Shown here: positions 28,704-38,361 of the stretch, in pieces
How positions within the stretch are numbered: the first letter of the stretch is position 1
How the letters are laid out: every line of letters starts with the position of its first letter
Made by a program: the position numbers and the translations under genes
The notes under the pieces: model-generated
What the model saw: the letters and a program-made list of their open reading frames with translations, nothing else
Databases searched by the model: none
Told to the model about the DNA's origin: nothing
Assembly: GCA_937951625.1 (NCBI GenBank)
Contig: CALFBP010000009.1
Span: 20,203 to 84,202 of the forward strand
Reading direction: 5' to 3'
DNA from: an uncultured Thermoguttaceae bacterium
GTDB lineage: Bacteria; Planctomycetota; Planctomycetia; Pirellulales; Thermoguttaceae
Length of the DNA: 64,000 nt

Positions 28704-29444
28704 TCATCCGCCGGAGGAGCCGAACGACCCGACAAGGAACCAGTCCAGCGAAATTCCTAACGAATAGTGCTGCGCCAGACCGGCCAACAGCGAACGCGTG
28801 CGAAAGGCGATGATGCCCCAAAGAGCGCCAGCCAAAAGCGAAAGGAATGTCTCGCTCGCCGGGCGGCCGATGTGAAGCAGTCCTGAGGCCAGCACTTGGA
28901 CGAGCAGGGCGTTTGCATCGCCAAGCCGTTCCCGCAATCCAAATTGCAAGAAGCCGCGAAAGTGGAACTCCCAACCAAGGTAAAACATCAGGTATGCAAG
29001 CGCGTGCGCGGCGAACATCTCCGGCGACTTGCCGGCGCCGGGATTGAGCGGATAACAGGCGCGAATCGACGGATCGGTCGAAGCGACGTACCCGGCCAAG
29101 ACAAACGCCGGACAAAGCAGGACGGTGGCCCGAACCGTGCGGAACCGGTTACCAAGCTGCACGCCATAATGAGCCAAAGGCTCGCGAAACACCAACCGCA
29201 CGAGAAGGGCTGGGACAAGGCCCAAGACAAGGAACGCCGCGACAAACGAGTACACCGCTCCGCTTGCCGCGCGATCACCCCAAAGCACCCAAGCATCGGG
29301 AAGGGCCTGGGCCAGATAGCTGGGGTCGGCGTAGTACTTCCAAGCGAGCATCAAGACAGGGGCGATCGCCAAGATCAAGGTCGGCTTGAGCTGCTCGCCG
29401 CGAAACGCCGACGCCAGACCATCCCACGCCGGTTGGCTGTTCAT
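28704..29444 (-). CDS. CPBP (CAAX) family intramembrane glutamic endopeptidase.
   Basis: The protein is a multi-TM protein with GWEFHFRGFL (an EExxxR-like motif 1 variant) and a later LLHIGRP / GALWGII region. I place the start at the ATG at 29444, which forms an ATGA overlap with the upstream epimerase stop. The track ORF extends to 29639. Confidence 0.6.
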   Translation of the reverse strand: MNSQPAWDGLASAFRGEQLKPTLILAIAPVLMLAWKYYADPSYLAQALPDAWVLWGDRAASGAVYSFVAAFLVLGLVPALLVRLVFREPLAHYGVQLGNRFRTVRATVLLCPAFVLAGYVASTDPSIRACYPLNPGAGKSPEMFAAHALAYLMFYLGWEFHFRGFLQFGLRERLGDANALLVQVLASGLLHIGRPASETFLSLLAGALWGIIAFRTRSLLAGLAQHYSLGISLDWFLVGSFGSSGG

Positions 29445-30520
29445 GCCCTTTCCTTTCGCACCCGCTGGAGCCAGTCGTAGGTAATTTTCAGGCCCTCGGA
29501 CAACGGGGTTGGCCGATAGCCCAATTCGCGTTGGGCCTTTTCGGAACTGTAGGCCCAGTCGACCAAGAACATCCGCACCCAGCCCGGCGTGATTTGCGGA
29601 TAAATCCCGAACCACTCCGCCCGTTTCTTCTGGAACCACGCAAACACCAGCGCAGAAAAGCGGAAGACGGGGACTTGAAAGTGGCGACGTCCACTCACCT
29701 GGTCCACCAGGCGGAAGAACTGTTTGAGCGAGGCGTTCTCGCCGCCAAGGATATAGCGTTCGCCGATCCTTCCCTTTTCCATCGCCAGAATGTGGCCCTG
29801 GACCACGTCATCGATGAAGACCCAGTTGCCGACGTTTTTGCCCAAGTTGAGCAGAAACGGCACCTTGCCACGATCATACATGTCGATCAGCAGCGACGCC
29901 GAATTCCCCTCCGTCCAGTGTCCCGGCCCGTACACCCGCGCCGGATTGACGATCACCACCGGAAACCCCTCGGCGGCCCGACGCAGGGCCTCCTGTTCGG
30001 CAATGGTCTTCGTCCGATCATAGTCGGCGAAGAAGCGGTCGGTGATTCGGGGGGTGTCTTCGTTGTGAACTTGGCCGGGCGGCGTGGGCCCGAAGGTCAG
30101 CATCGTCGAGGTCCACACCACACGTTCCACGCCATGCTGTGCGGCCGCGTCGAAGACATTGTGCATTCCCTGGATGTTCATCTGGTCGAAGATCGCCGGA
30201 TCGGGGGCCCAATTCTTCGCGTAAGCCGCCAGGTGATAAACTTGAGAGCATCCCTCCATGCCGCGAATCAGCGAATCGCGGTCGGTGATGTCGCCGCGGA
30301 CCCATTCCACCAACGGCGAGGCGAGCGGGCCGCCATCTTTCCAGCCGAATCCCGGCGGGGGCGTGGGCTGCGGTTTCGGCCGCCGGCTCAACGCCCGCAC
30401 CGGTTGTCCCCGCGCCACGAGCGCCTCGATTAGCCGCGTGCCAATAAACCCATTGGCCCCCGTGACGAACGCCTTGCCCGAACTCGACATGCGTTCCCTC
30501 CTCCCAGCGGTCCTCGCCAC
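29441..30520 (-). CDS. NAD(P)-dependent epimerase/dehydratase family protein (extended SDR).
   Basis: Motifs seen are AFVTGANGFIGTRL (Rossmann GxxGxxG), VYHLAA and a YDRTK catalytic YxxxK. The start may be the ATG at 30490 (MSSSGKAFVTG). Confidence 0.8.
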   Translation of the reverse strand: MARTAGRRERMSSSGKAFVTGANGFIGTRLIEALVARGQPVRALSRRPKPQPTPPPGFGWKDGGPLASPLVEWVRGDITDRDSLIRGMEGCSQVYHLAAYAKNWAPDPAIFDQMNIQGMHNVFDAAAQHGVERVVWTSTMLTFGPTPPGQVHNEDTPRITDRFFADYDRTKTIAEQEALRRAAEGFPVVIVNPARVYGPGHWTEGNSASLLIDMYDRGKVPFLLNLGKNVGNWVFIDDVVQGHILAMEKGRIGERYILGGENASLKQFFRLVDQVSGRRHFQVPVFRFSALVFAWFQKKRAEWFGIYPQITPGWVRMFLVDWAYSSEKAQRELGYRPTPLSEGLKITYDWLQRVRKERA

Positions 30521-30562
30521 TCGATCACGGTCCCGAGACGATCCCCGCTCCTCAGGCCCACC

Positions 30563-31465
30563 TTACAATTTCGCGTGACATTCTTTCAGGTAGGCGATCG
30601 ATCGGGCCAAGGCCTTGGCGGTTTCGTCGGGCGGCGGTTCGTGATGCAAGAAGGGATTCACGTAGCCGCGGTAACGGATCTTCGCCAAGGCTGCCAGCCA
30701 GGGGGTGAAATCCGTGGGACCGTGACCCGGAAGTTGTCCCAAGCCCGGCGCGAGCTGCCAGGCATAGAAGTAGAAGAGCTGCTCGCCGGCAATCGCGATG
30801 GCCTCTTCCACAGAAGCCTTTCGCGCCTGGAGGTGGTACGGCGCCAAGGCGATTCCCACGCGGGGGCTCTTGTTCACGTCGACGAACGCCTTGAACGAAT
30901 CCAGGGAATCCAATAGCGCGTGGCCATGGTTCTCGATCGCCAAATACGACTGATGTTTTTCGGCCAGCTCGATTTGCGGCTTCAACTGTTCGAAAAAGGC
31001 CCGCATCCGGGCCGTCAGCTCCTTGGGATCGCAGGGCGGCGCGCTTCCGGTGATCGCAACCCCGCCGCCGCATTGGCCCAGCAGCTCGGCGTAGCGCGGG
31101 TATCCGCCGACATAGACGGAAAACGAATTGAGCTTCAAGCCCAGCCGAGCCAAGAGCGCCTTGAACCCCTCGGCCTTGAGCCGATGCTGCACATCGTCCA
31201 GGTGAGGACAATTGGCGTAAGCCGACCACACGTCCACGGCCTCGAAGCCCAAGGCTGCCAACCGCTCGCAGGCCTGCTCGATGGACAAGGCCGTGAAACT
31301 GATCGTTGAGCCCGATAGCCGCATCGCCCAACGCTCCGCCGCTTGCGAAGCGATTCCGCCCAAAGCTGGCATCCCCAATCCGATGACGCCGCCCGTGATC
31401 GCGCGGTTAAGGAATTGGCGGCGGGACCACCCCTCGCGGGCCTCGCTTGAAAGTACGTTTCCCAC
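30563..31465 (-). CDS. Xylose-isomerase-like TIM-barrel protein (sugar phosphate isomerase/epimerase family) with a twin-arginine signal.
   Basis: 300 aa. The Tat-type signal is WSRRQFLNRAITGGVIGLGMPALGGIASQAAE. LAIENHGHAL is typical of the AP_endonuc_2 fold. Confidence 0.65.
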   Translation of the reverse strand: MGNVLSSEAREGWSRRQFLNRAITGGVIGLGMPALGGIASQAAERWAMRLSGSTISFTALSIEQACERLAALGFEAVDVWSAYANCPHLDDVQHRLKAEGFKALLARLGLKLNSFSVYVGGYPRYAELLGQCGGGVAITGSAPPCDPKELTARMRAFFEQLKPQIELAEKHQSYLAIENHGHALLDSLDSFKAFVDVNKSPRVGIALAPYHLQARKASVEEAIAIAGEQLFYFYAWQLAPGLGQLPGHGPTDFTPWLAALAKIRYRGYVNPFLHHEPPPDETAKALARSIAYLKECHAKL

Positions 31466-31623
31466 AGTCTTGTCCTTTCCAAATTAAGCCGGTGATCCAG
31501 CAGCGGCGACGTCACCTCCGCCATTCGTGCCGGCGGATTTTCTCAGATAACCGCAGGAAAAATGGTTTGCGGCGTCCTTGGCCCATACCCTACCAAGGCG
31601 GTTAGCGCTGATCAAGTCGCCGG

Positions 31624-32667
31624 TCAATCGCCGATGGCATCCGCGGGGTCGAGGATCACATCGTCGATGCGAATCGCCTTGTGCCCCTTGAACACGCCTG
31701 GGCGGGCGCGAAACTTGGGGACCCCTTCGACCGAGACCAACAGCGGGCGGTGAATGTCTTTCTCCGTGGTGATGATGTCCCCCACGCGGAGATTGATCAG
31801 CTCGCCCGTCGAGACCCGGGTGCGGGCCAGCCGCACGCTCAATAGCACGGGCGAGCCGCGGAGGGTTCGGGCGATCTGCTCGACGTTCTGAGCCGAGCTG
31901 GCCTTTCTTGCCCAGGCCACCCAACTGTTGGACGACAGCTTCCCGCCGATTCGCTCTATCGCGTTGTAGGGGATGCACAAATTCACCATCCCCCGTGTCT
32001 CCCCCAAGGCCACCTCAAAGCTGATCACCACCACCACTTCGTTCGGTGGGACGATTTGCATGAGCTGCGGATTATGCTCGACGCGGATCACCTCCAGTTG
32101 CAGTTCCAACACGTTTTCCCAGGCGCGACGAAGTTCTTCCAAAAACAGGTTGGTGATCCTCGACACAATCCGCAGCTCGATGTCGGTCAAGGGCCTGCGC
32201 GCCAGCAGCGACGGCTCGTGCCCCCCGCCTAGCAGCCGGTCGATGATCGGGTACAAGATCGAGGGATTGATGTCCAGGATCAGGTTCCCTTCCAGCGGCT
32301 CCGCCTTGAGCAGATTGAAGCACGTGGGGTTCTCCAAGCTGAAGATGAATTCGCTGTACGTGAGCTGATCGACACTGGTCAACTTGACCTCGACCATGGT
32401 CCGCAGCATCGCCGACAGCCCCGCGGCGAAATTCCGCCCGAACCCTTCGTGCAGCGTCTGAAGCGCCCGCATCTGTTCCTTGCCGACGCGTTCGGGGCGT
32501 TTGAAGTCATAGGGGGTGATCTTCTCGCGGGGCTTGAAAGTGGCCAAGGTGGAGACGGGCTTCGGGGGCGCGGCCTCCGCGGTTGCCGCACTTTTTCCTG
32601 CCCCCATCGACGCCAGCAAACTCTCGACTTCCGCCTGGCTGAGCACGTCCTCGCTCATCGTCCTCAC
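31624..32667 (-). CDS. fliM: Flagellar motor switch protein FliM.
   Basis: 347 aa. The N-terminal CheY-P binding motif is [10 protein letters not shown]. The middle domain is [33 protein letters not shown]...LTYSEF. The C-terminus is a SpoA/FliN-like domain ([30 protein letters not shown]). Confidence 0.8.
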   Translation of the reverse strand: MRTMSEDVLSQAEVESLLASMGAGKSAATAEAAPPKPVSTLATFKPREKITPYDFKRPERVGKEQMRALQTLHEGFGRNFAAGLSAMLRTMVEVKLTSVDQLTYSEFIFSLENPTCFNLLKAEPLEGNLILDINPSILYPIIDRLLGGGHEPSLLARRPLTDIELRIVSRITNLFLEELRRAWENVLELQLEVIRVEHNPQLMQIVPPNEVVVVISFEVALGETRGMVNLCIPYNAIERIGGKLSSNSWVAWARKASSAQNVEQIARTLRGSPVLLSVRLARTRVSTGELINLRVGDIITTEKDIHRPLLVSVEGVPKFRARPGVFKGHKAIRIDDVILDPADAIGD

Positions 32668-33938
32668 TCCCGCACCTGCCCAGTCCCGAACACCACGTAC
32701 TTGTAGCTGGTCAGCTCATTGATCCCGCAGGGTCCCCGGGCATGAAACTTGTCGGTGCTGATACCGATCTCCGCGCCGAGGCCGAACTCGCCCCCGTCAT
32801 TGAACCGCGTGCTGGCGTTGACCATCACCGCCGAACTGTCGACCCGCGAGGTGAACTCTTGCGCAGCCTCCAGGTCCCGCGTGACGATGGCCTCGGTATG
32901 CCGGGAACCATAGCGATGGATGTGCTCGATGGCTTCGTCGAGCGAATCCACGACTTTGACGGAAATGATCGGACCGAGATACTCGGCGGCAAAGTCGGCC
33001 TCGGTGGCCGGTTTGGCGTAGGGCACGAAGGCCCGCGTCGCGTCGTCGCCGCGAATTTCGATTCCGCGATTGGCCAACGCGGCGCAGACCCGCGGCAACA
33101 AGCTCCCCGCCACCTCCCGGTGTACGACCAACGATTCCGCCGCGTTGCAGACCCCCATCCGCTGGCACTTGGCGTTGACCGTGATCCGCTCGGCCAACTC
33201 GGGATCGGCCGAGCGGTCGAGATAGACATGGCAATTGCCGGCGTAGTGCTTGATGACTGGCATTTTCGCTTCCTCGGTCACGCGGCGAATGAGTCCCTCG
33301 CCGCCGCGAGGAATGGCCAAGTCGATGTATTCGCTCAGCCGAAGGAAATGGCCTACCGCTTCGCGGTCCGGGGTGGCGACCAACTGCACAGCATCGGACG
33401 GCAGCCCCACGTCGGCGGCCGCCTCGGCCAGGATCTCGGCGATGGCGGCGCTGGAGTGGGCGGCCTCCTTTCCACCGCGGAGAATGACCGCGTTGCCGCT
33501 TTTGACGCACAATGCTGCGGCGTCGGCGGTCACGTTCGGCCTCGACTCGTAGATGAAGAAAATCACGCCCAGCGGCACCCGAACCTTTTGCACCTTCAGC
33601 CCGTTGGGGCGCACCGAGGACCAGATCACTTCCCCGATCGGGTCTGGCAACATGGCGATTTCTTCTAGGCCCTTGGCGATGGCCTCGATTCGGGCAGGAG
33701 TGAGTTTGAGTCGGTCGATCTGAGCGTCGCTCAGTCCGTAGCCAGGCGCAGCCGCCAAATCACGTCGGTTGGCCTCGGTGATGGCCAGCGAACGCTCGGA
33801 AAGCAGCCGGACGGTTCGCCGAAGCCAGGCGTTTTTCACAGCGCCGTTGACCCGGCCTAGTTCCTCCGCCGCCCGTTTGGCCCGTCGTGCCACGTCCACG
33901 CAATACTCGCGGAGGTCCCCAACGTGGTTTTCCGCCAT
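32664..33938 (-). CDS. proA: Gamma-glutamyl phosphate reductase.
   Basis: 424 aa and full-length ProA-like, with [62 protein letters not shown] and [23 protein letters not shown]. Confidence 0.95.
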   Translation of the reverse strand: MAENHVGDLREYCVDVARRAKRAAEELGRVNGAVKNAWLRRTVRLLSERSLAITEANRRDLAAAPGYGLSDAQIDRLKLTPARIEAIAKGLEEIAMLPDPIGEVIWSSVRPNGLKVQKVRVPLGVIFFIYESRPNVTADAAALCVKSGNAVILRGGKEAAHSSAAIAEILAEAAADVGLPSDAVQLVATPDREAVGHFLRLSEYIDLAIPRGGEGLIRRVTEEAKMPVIKHYAGNCHVYLDRSADPELAERITVNAKCQRMGVCNAAESLVVHREVAGSLLPRVCAALANRGIEIRGDDATRAFVPYAKPATEADFAAEYLGPIISVKVVDSLDEAIEHIHRYGSRHTEAIVTRDLEAAQEFTSRVDSSAVMVNASTRFNDGGEFGLGAEIGISTDKFHARGPCGINELTSYKYVVFGTGQVRE

Positions 33939-34161
33939 CCCGCAACCCTCTCAAAAACAATGCATTAGAATAACCAGCTAGCCTCCCTGCGATTCTCGCC
34001 CACGCGCGGGAAGTATCTAGCCTCAGGGCCACCGAGTCAACGGGAGTTGCGTGAAGCGCAAAGCAAATCGGCGAATCGCCGATCCTAAAAGAATCACTCT
34101 TCCAACAAAGAGGTGGCACTATATCAGTGGGGTTTAATTCTAATTCCCTGGTATGTAAACC

Positions 34162-34509
34162 CTAAGATCGTTGCCAGGGAGCGAACACGAACAGCGCGCC
34201 AAAGGCAATCAATACAAAGCCCGTCACATAGTTCCACTTCAGCGGTTCCTTAAGGTAAAGCACGGAAAAGGCGCAAAATACAGCGAGCGTAATAACCTCT
34301 TGGAACGTCTTCAGTTGCGCCGCGCTCACGCCGGCACTGTATCCAAGACGATTGGCAGGAACCTGAAAACAGTACTCCACGAAGGCGATTAGCCAACTCA
34401 CCAAAATGGCCGTCCAAAGCGCAGTGTTCTTGTATTTCAAGTGTCCGTACCAGGCAAAGGTCATAAATACGTTTGAGATCGTCAGCAAAAAGAGTGTAGC
34501 TAACCACAT
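34162..34509 (-). CDS. Small DMT-superfamily membrane protein (DUF486-like).
   Basis: 115 aa with four hydrophobic helices. The sequence MWLATLFLLTISNVFMTFAWYGHLKYK...FVEYCFQVPANRLGY matches my recollection of the DUF486/DMT family. G+C is visibly lower than in the neighbouring genes. Confidence 0.65.
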   Translation of the reverse strand: MWLATLFLLTISNVFMTFAWYGHLKYKNTALWTAILVSWLIAFVEYCFQVPANRLGYSAGVSAAQLKTFQEVITLAVFCAFSVLYLKEPLKWNYVTGFVLIAFGALFVFAPWQRS

Positions 34510-35122
34510 GGAAATCTAGGAAAAACAGGAAACTGGATGGGCTGCTAGCCCAAGTCGGCATCGAACAGATCGTTCGACGCAAGAAACCAGAAAAAAAGAA
34601 TACCAAGATTGGCCCTGAAACGTCAACGAAAGAAATTTTTAAGATCCGGCGAAACGGCGGAACCGGGCGATAAGGCAATCTCTTGTCCCCGCTGCATTTA
34701 CAACTTTTGTGTCAAACCGCCCGCCCTCCAACGACCGTTGCTCTCTACGCCCACCCCAAAAATAGCTTTCTAACGCTGGCCCAAAGTGCTGGCTAACAAA
34801 CTTTGGTCCTTCACAACTATTTTCGGATGCGACTGGGTGCCCACCGAATTCGCGCCAGGAAATTGCCACGCAACCGAGGTGCTCGAATAACTAGCCGGCA
34901 TGTGAAAATGGATAAGATCGTGAAGATCAAACGATTGCATCAAGCTTTTCTTTTGGGGTGGAAGTGCTAATTCATCAAAGTCTGCGGGTTGCGCGGCCGA
35001 TATCAGGGCTACCGATTATTCCGAACTCTTTTGCCTGCTCGGACGGTGACTTTTGCGCGAGCGCTTCGAGCGAGAGTTTACGTCGACAAGCAATCACTCG
35101 GAAAGCTGCTCGGATTGGAGCC

Positions 35123-37666
35123 ATGCAAAGGAACGCAACATCCATGAGACGGCAGTTCTCTACCCTGGCGGTGGTGTTAGCTGCAACTGTTTGCGCAGCC
35201 ATCGGTTGCAGCCCACAACAGCCGTTTTATTTCAGCCGCTCGAATGGGGGCGACCACTATGTGGGCGTGGCTCAACAGATCGAATACCCGGACCTCGAAA
35301 CTATTAGCCTGGACGAGGTGAACGGGGCCAAGGCCCCGCTTACGCTCGATAACCCCAAACCAGAAAGCTATTGGGACTTGAGTCTTCAGGAAGCCATCCA
35401 CATTGCCTTGCAAAACAGCTCCGTGATCCGCACTCTTGGGACAGTGGGTTCATTGGCAGGGGGAGTGGAACTCAACCCAAGCGGTATGATCGGTACCCCC
35501 TCGAGCTTGCTCACCGCTCCTCAGGCAGCAGCGACGATCTATATTCCCGCTTTGGCAGAGGCCGATCCGCGTTTCGGCATGGAGGCTGCTTTGGCCGCGT
35601 TCGACGCCCAACTCTCCAGCAGCATCTTTTGGGAAAAGAACATTGTGCAACAGAACACGTCGGGATTTGTCTCCACGTTCCGTCCCCCGACGTTCAAACA
35701 GGACGTAGGCAACTCCACTACCGAGATCAGCAAGACTGCCGCCACCGGCGACCAGTTTGCCATCCGCAACAACATCCGCTACTCCATGGACAATGTACCC
35801 GCCTTTCCTTCGCCGGGGGCTGCCAAGCGCTGGCCGAATGAATGGCTCGCCGAGATTCAGGCCGAATTCCGTCATCCGTTCCTTCAAGGCGCCGGCGTAG
35901 GATTCAATCGGATCGCAGGTCCGGGGGCGATCCCTGGCCAGGCCAACGGGGTGATGATCGCCCGGCTGAGGACCGATCAGAGCCTCGCCGATTTCGAGGC
36001 CGCGGTGCGAAACTTGTGCGGTGACGTGGAAAAAGCCTATTGGTACCTGTACTATGCGTACCGGCGGCTGGATTCGGTCATTGCGGGCCGGGACGCGGCC
36101 TTGCAAACTTGGCGCCAGGTTAAGGCCCGCTTCGACGTCGGTGGCAGGGGTGGCGGCGCTCAAGAGGAGGCCCAGGCAAGACAGAATTTTCTACTTTTTG
36201 AAACCACCGTGGAGCAGGCCCAAAGCAACCTCTACAAGACGGAGAACACCCTCCGCTACATGCTGGGGCTGAGCCACACCGATGGCCGATTGATCCGCCC
36301 ATCTGACGAGCCGACCAAGGCCAAGGTCGAGTTCGATTGGTACGACGCGCATGCCGAAGCCCTGACCCGATCCGTCGAACTCCGCCGACAAAAATGGGTC
36401 ATCAAGCAGCGCGAGCTGGAATTGATCGCGGCCAAAAATTACCTCCTGCCCCGTTTGGACGCCGTTGGTCGCTACACATTTTCGGGAATGGGGGACATGC
36501 TGATCGATCCCAGCCGGAGCCTCGAAGACCGCGATCCGGCCTCCATTCCACCGGACTTGACCCAAGTGCCGCACAGCGCCTATGGCTCGCTGACGCGGGG
36601 GGACTTCCCGTCCTGGCATCTGGGCCTGGAATTCCGCATGCCCTTCGGTTTTCGCCGCGAGATGGCCGGGGTGCGGTATGCCCAGTTGAACCTGGCCCGG
36701 GAGCGGAAGATCCTCCAGGAGCAGGAACTCGAATTGTCTCATCAGTTGGCCGACGCCTTTCGCGACTTGTCCCAGAACTACATGCTCAGTCAGAAGAGCT
36801 ACAATCGGTGGCTCGCGGCGCGGCGCGAGGTGGAAGCCGTTCAGGCGGCCTACGAGGTGGGAACCACCACGTTGGATCAAGTGCTCGACGCCCAACGTCG
36901 CCAGGCCGAGGCCGAAAACGAATACTACCGCAACCTGGTGCAGTACAACCTCTCGATCACGCTGGTACATTTCCGCAAGGGATCGTTGTTGGAGTACGAT
37001 GGCATCTATTTGGCCGAGGGGCCGTGGCCGGCCAAGGCCTACTTCGATGCCCGACGCCGCGCCCGCCATCGGGAGGCCTCGCACTACATCGACTATCGCT
37101 TCACGCAACCGCGGGTCCTCAGCCGAGGGCCGATAGATCAAGGGACGGGCGACACGGCGTTCGTGGACGACCTCCCGCTCGAAGCCCCCTTGCCTGCTGC
37201 TCAGCCCGGCGCGGCGGGCACCGAAGGCTCATCGTCGCCCTCGCCGATGCCACCGCAGCAGGCTCCGGCATCCGGGAAGCTGAAGCTCGACGAGTACCCG
37301 CCGTACGCCCCACCCCCAAAGTCCCCTCAGGCCGAGCGAAACAACCCCACGGCGAAAACGCAATCTAGCCGCAACCCGACGAAGGATGCCGATAGGTCGA
37401 TCACAGGCGTCCAAACCCAAGCCATACCACCCGAAACCCCTGAAATGCCTCCTTTGACTTCCCCAGTCGTTCGTGCGAGTCATCAGCAGGCGAGATTGAA
37501 TCCGCTGAAAGCGGCTGTCCCCGAGCCTATCGACACCTGGAAACCCACAGTCACCGCGAAAAAGACCGATGGCGTTTCTTCCGCGACAAACGCCTTGCCC
37601 GATACCTCGCCGATCTCGGACTCTGGCGGAGGCTGGAAAAGCGTGCAGCGGCCAAGGGGCCAATAG
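35123..37666 (+). CDS. TolC/OEP-family outer-membrane channel lipoprotein with a long Pro-rich C-terminal extension.
   Basis: The lipoprotein-type signal is MRRQFSTLAVVLAATVCAAIGCS. Two OEP-like helical repeats are present (AVRNLCGDVEKAYWYLYYAYRRLDS; AQSNLYKTENTLRYMLGL; AYEVGTTTLDQVLDAQRRQAEAENEYYRNLVQYNLSI). The start is ATG 35123 or ATG 35144, and the track start at 34958 is probably too far upstream. Confidence 0.6.
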   Translation: MQRNATSMRRQFSTLAVVLAATVCAAIGCSPQQPFYFSRSNGGDHYVGVAQQIEYPDLETISLDEVNGAKAPLTLDNPKPESYWDLSLQEAIHIALQNSSVIRTLGTVGSLAGGVELNPSGMIGTPSSLLTAPQAAATIYIPALAEADPRFGMEAALAAFDAQLSSSIFWEKNIVQQNTSGFVSTFRPPTFKQDVGNSTTEISKTAATGDQFAIRNNIRYSMDNVPAFPSPGAAKRWPNEWLAEIQAEFRHPFLQGAGVGFNRIAGPGAIPGQANGVMIARLRTDQSLADFEAAVRNLCGDVEKAYWYLYYAYRRLDSVIAGRDAALQTWRQVKARFDVGGRGGGAQEEAQARQNFLLFETTVEQAQSNLYKTENTLRYMLGLSHTDGRLIRPSDEPTKAKVEFDWYDAHAEALTRSVELRRQKWVIKQRELELIAAKNYLLPRLDAVGRYTFSGMGDMLIDPSRSLEDRDPASIPPDLTQVPHSAYGSLTRGDFPSWHLGLEFRMPFGFRREMAGVRYAQLNLARERKILQEQELELSHQLADAFRDLSQNYMLSQKSYNRWLAARREVEAVQAAYEVGTTTLDQVLDAQRRQAEAENEYYRNLVQYNLSITLVHFRKGSLLEYDGIYLAEGPWPAKAYFDARRRARHREASHYIDYRFTQPRVLSRGPIDQGTGDTAFVDDLPLEAPLPAAQPGAAGTEGSSSPSPMPPQQAPASGKLKLDEYPPYAPPPKSPQAERNNPTAKTQSSRNPTKDADRSITGVQTQAIPPETPEMPPLTSPVVRASHQQARLNPLKAAVPEPIDTWKPTVTAKKTDGVSSATNALPDTSPISDSGGGWKSVQRPRGQ

Positions 37667-37921
37667 CGGATCATTCTCGCTGCCTCTTGATAGCTAGGCA
37701 TCCGTGCTACAAAAAAGTTCGTTCTGAGGGGGGCCATCACTCCGGTCGTCCAGCGGCTCAGCGCCACTCCATCCTGGGAATGAAGCGGCGTTTCTAGCAC
37801 GATTTACAGGCCTTCCAGGGGGGATTTTGCTGAGAGTATCCCTCTGGGCCACAACCTTTTTCGCTGAAGAAGGTTACCAATAAGGGAAAGACCTTTTGGC
37901 CAGTGTCGTCAAATGAACCCT

Positions 37922-37949
37922 TTGCAATGGCCCGAAGGTGCATTAGAAT
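37922..37949 (+). promoter_or_regulatory. Candidate sigma70-type promoter upstream of tatA, reading TTGCAA-N16-TAGAAT.
   Basis: TTGCAA lies at 37922-37927 and TAGAAT at 37944-37949, about 120 nt upstream of the tatA start. This is a pattern match only. Confidence 0.3.
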
Positions 37950-38068
37950 GCAAAGAGGAAGAGCGAGCCCCGCCCTGCGCTTCGCCCGGGCCGATCGGTT
38001 CGTTGGTTGAGGCGAGCCGATGCGAGTATCGGGCGGCATGAACATTCCCCACTTCCAGCTCTGCGAGG

Positions 38069-38335
38069 TTGATTATGGGTTCCATGAGCCTTTTTCATTG
38101 GTTAATCGTGATGGTGGTCGTGTTGTTGCTCTTTGGCAACCGGTTGCCCTCGGTGATGCGTTCGCTCGGTCGCGGCGTGACGGAGTTCAAGAAAGGCCTG
38201 GAATCGTCTGGGGAGGAAGACGACGAGGAGCTCGAGTACGAGCGGCCGAAGAAGAAAAAGGCCTCGGCCGAGATCGAGGGGAACGGGGCTGGCCGGGAAG
38301 AGAAGGCCAAAGAGAAACAAACGAGCAACGAATAG
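38069..38335 (+). CDS. tatA: Sec-independent (Tat) translocase subunit TatA/E.
   Basis: 88 aa. It has [41 protein letters not shown] (TM plus amphipathic helix with the conserved FG hinge), followed by an acidic/basic tail. Confidence 0.8.
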   Translation: MIMGSMSLFHWLIVMVVVLLLFGNRLPSVMRSLGRGVTEFKKGLESSGEEDDEELEYERPKKKKASAEIEGNGAGREEKAKEKQTSNE

Positions 38336-38361
38336 TCGCGTCCAGATTACGGGGGTGCGGT

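Noticed and set aside
37815-37890. THI-box-like elements upstream of tatA: GGGGGG..CTGAGAGTATCCC...AACCTT...AATAAGGGAA. An 8-bp stem (37815-37822 with 37840-37847) and a 6-bp AACCTT/AAGGTT hairpin are also present.
   Set aside because: - The pyrophosphate-sensor core of TPP riboswitches (GATC-TGG-ATAAT-GCCAGCG) is absent.
- There is essentially no P3 stem.
- The downstream gene, tatA, has no link to thiamine.
- It lies upstream of the candidate tatA promoter.
- I kept it only as something to test with Rfam.
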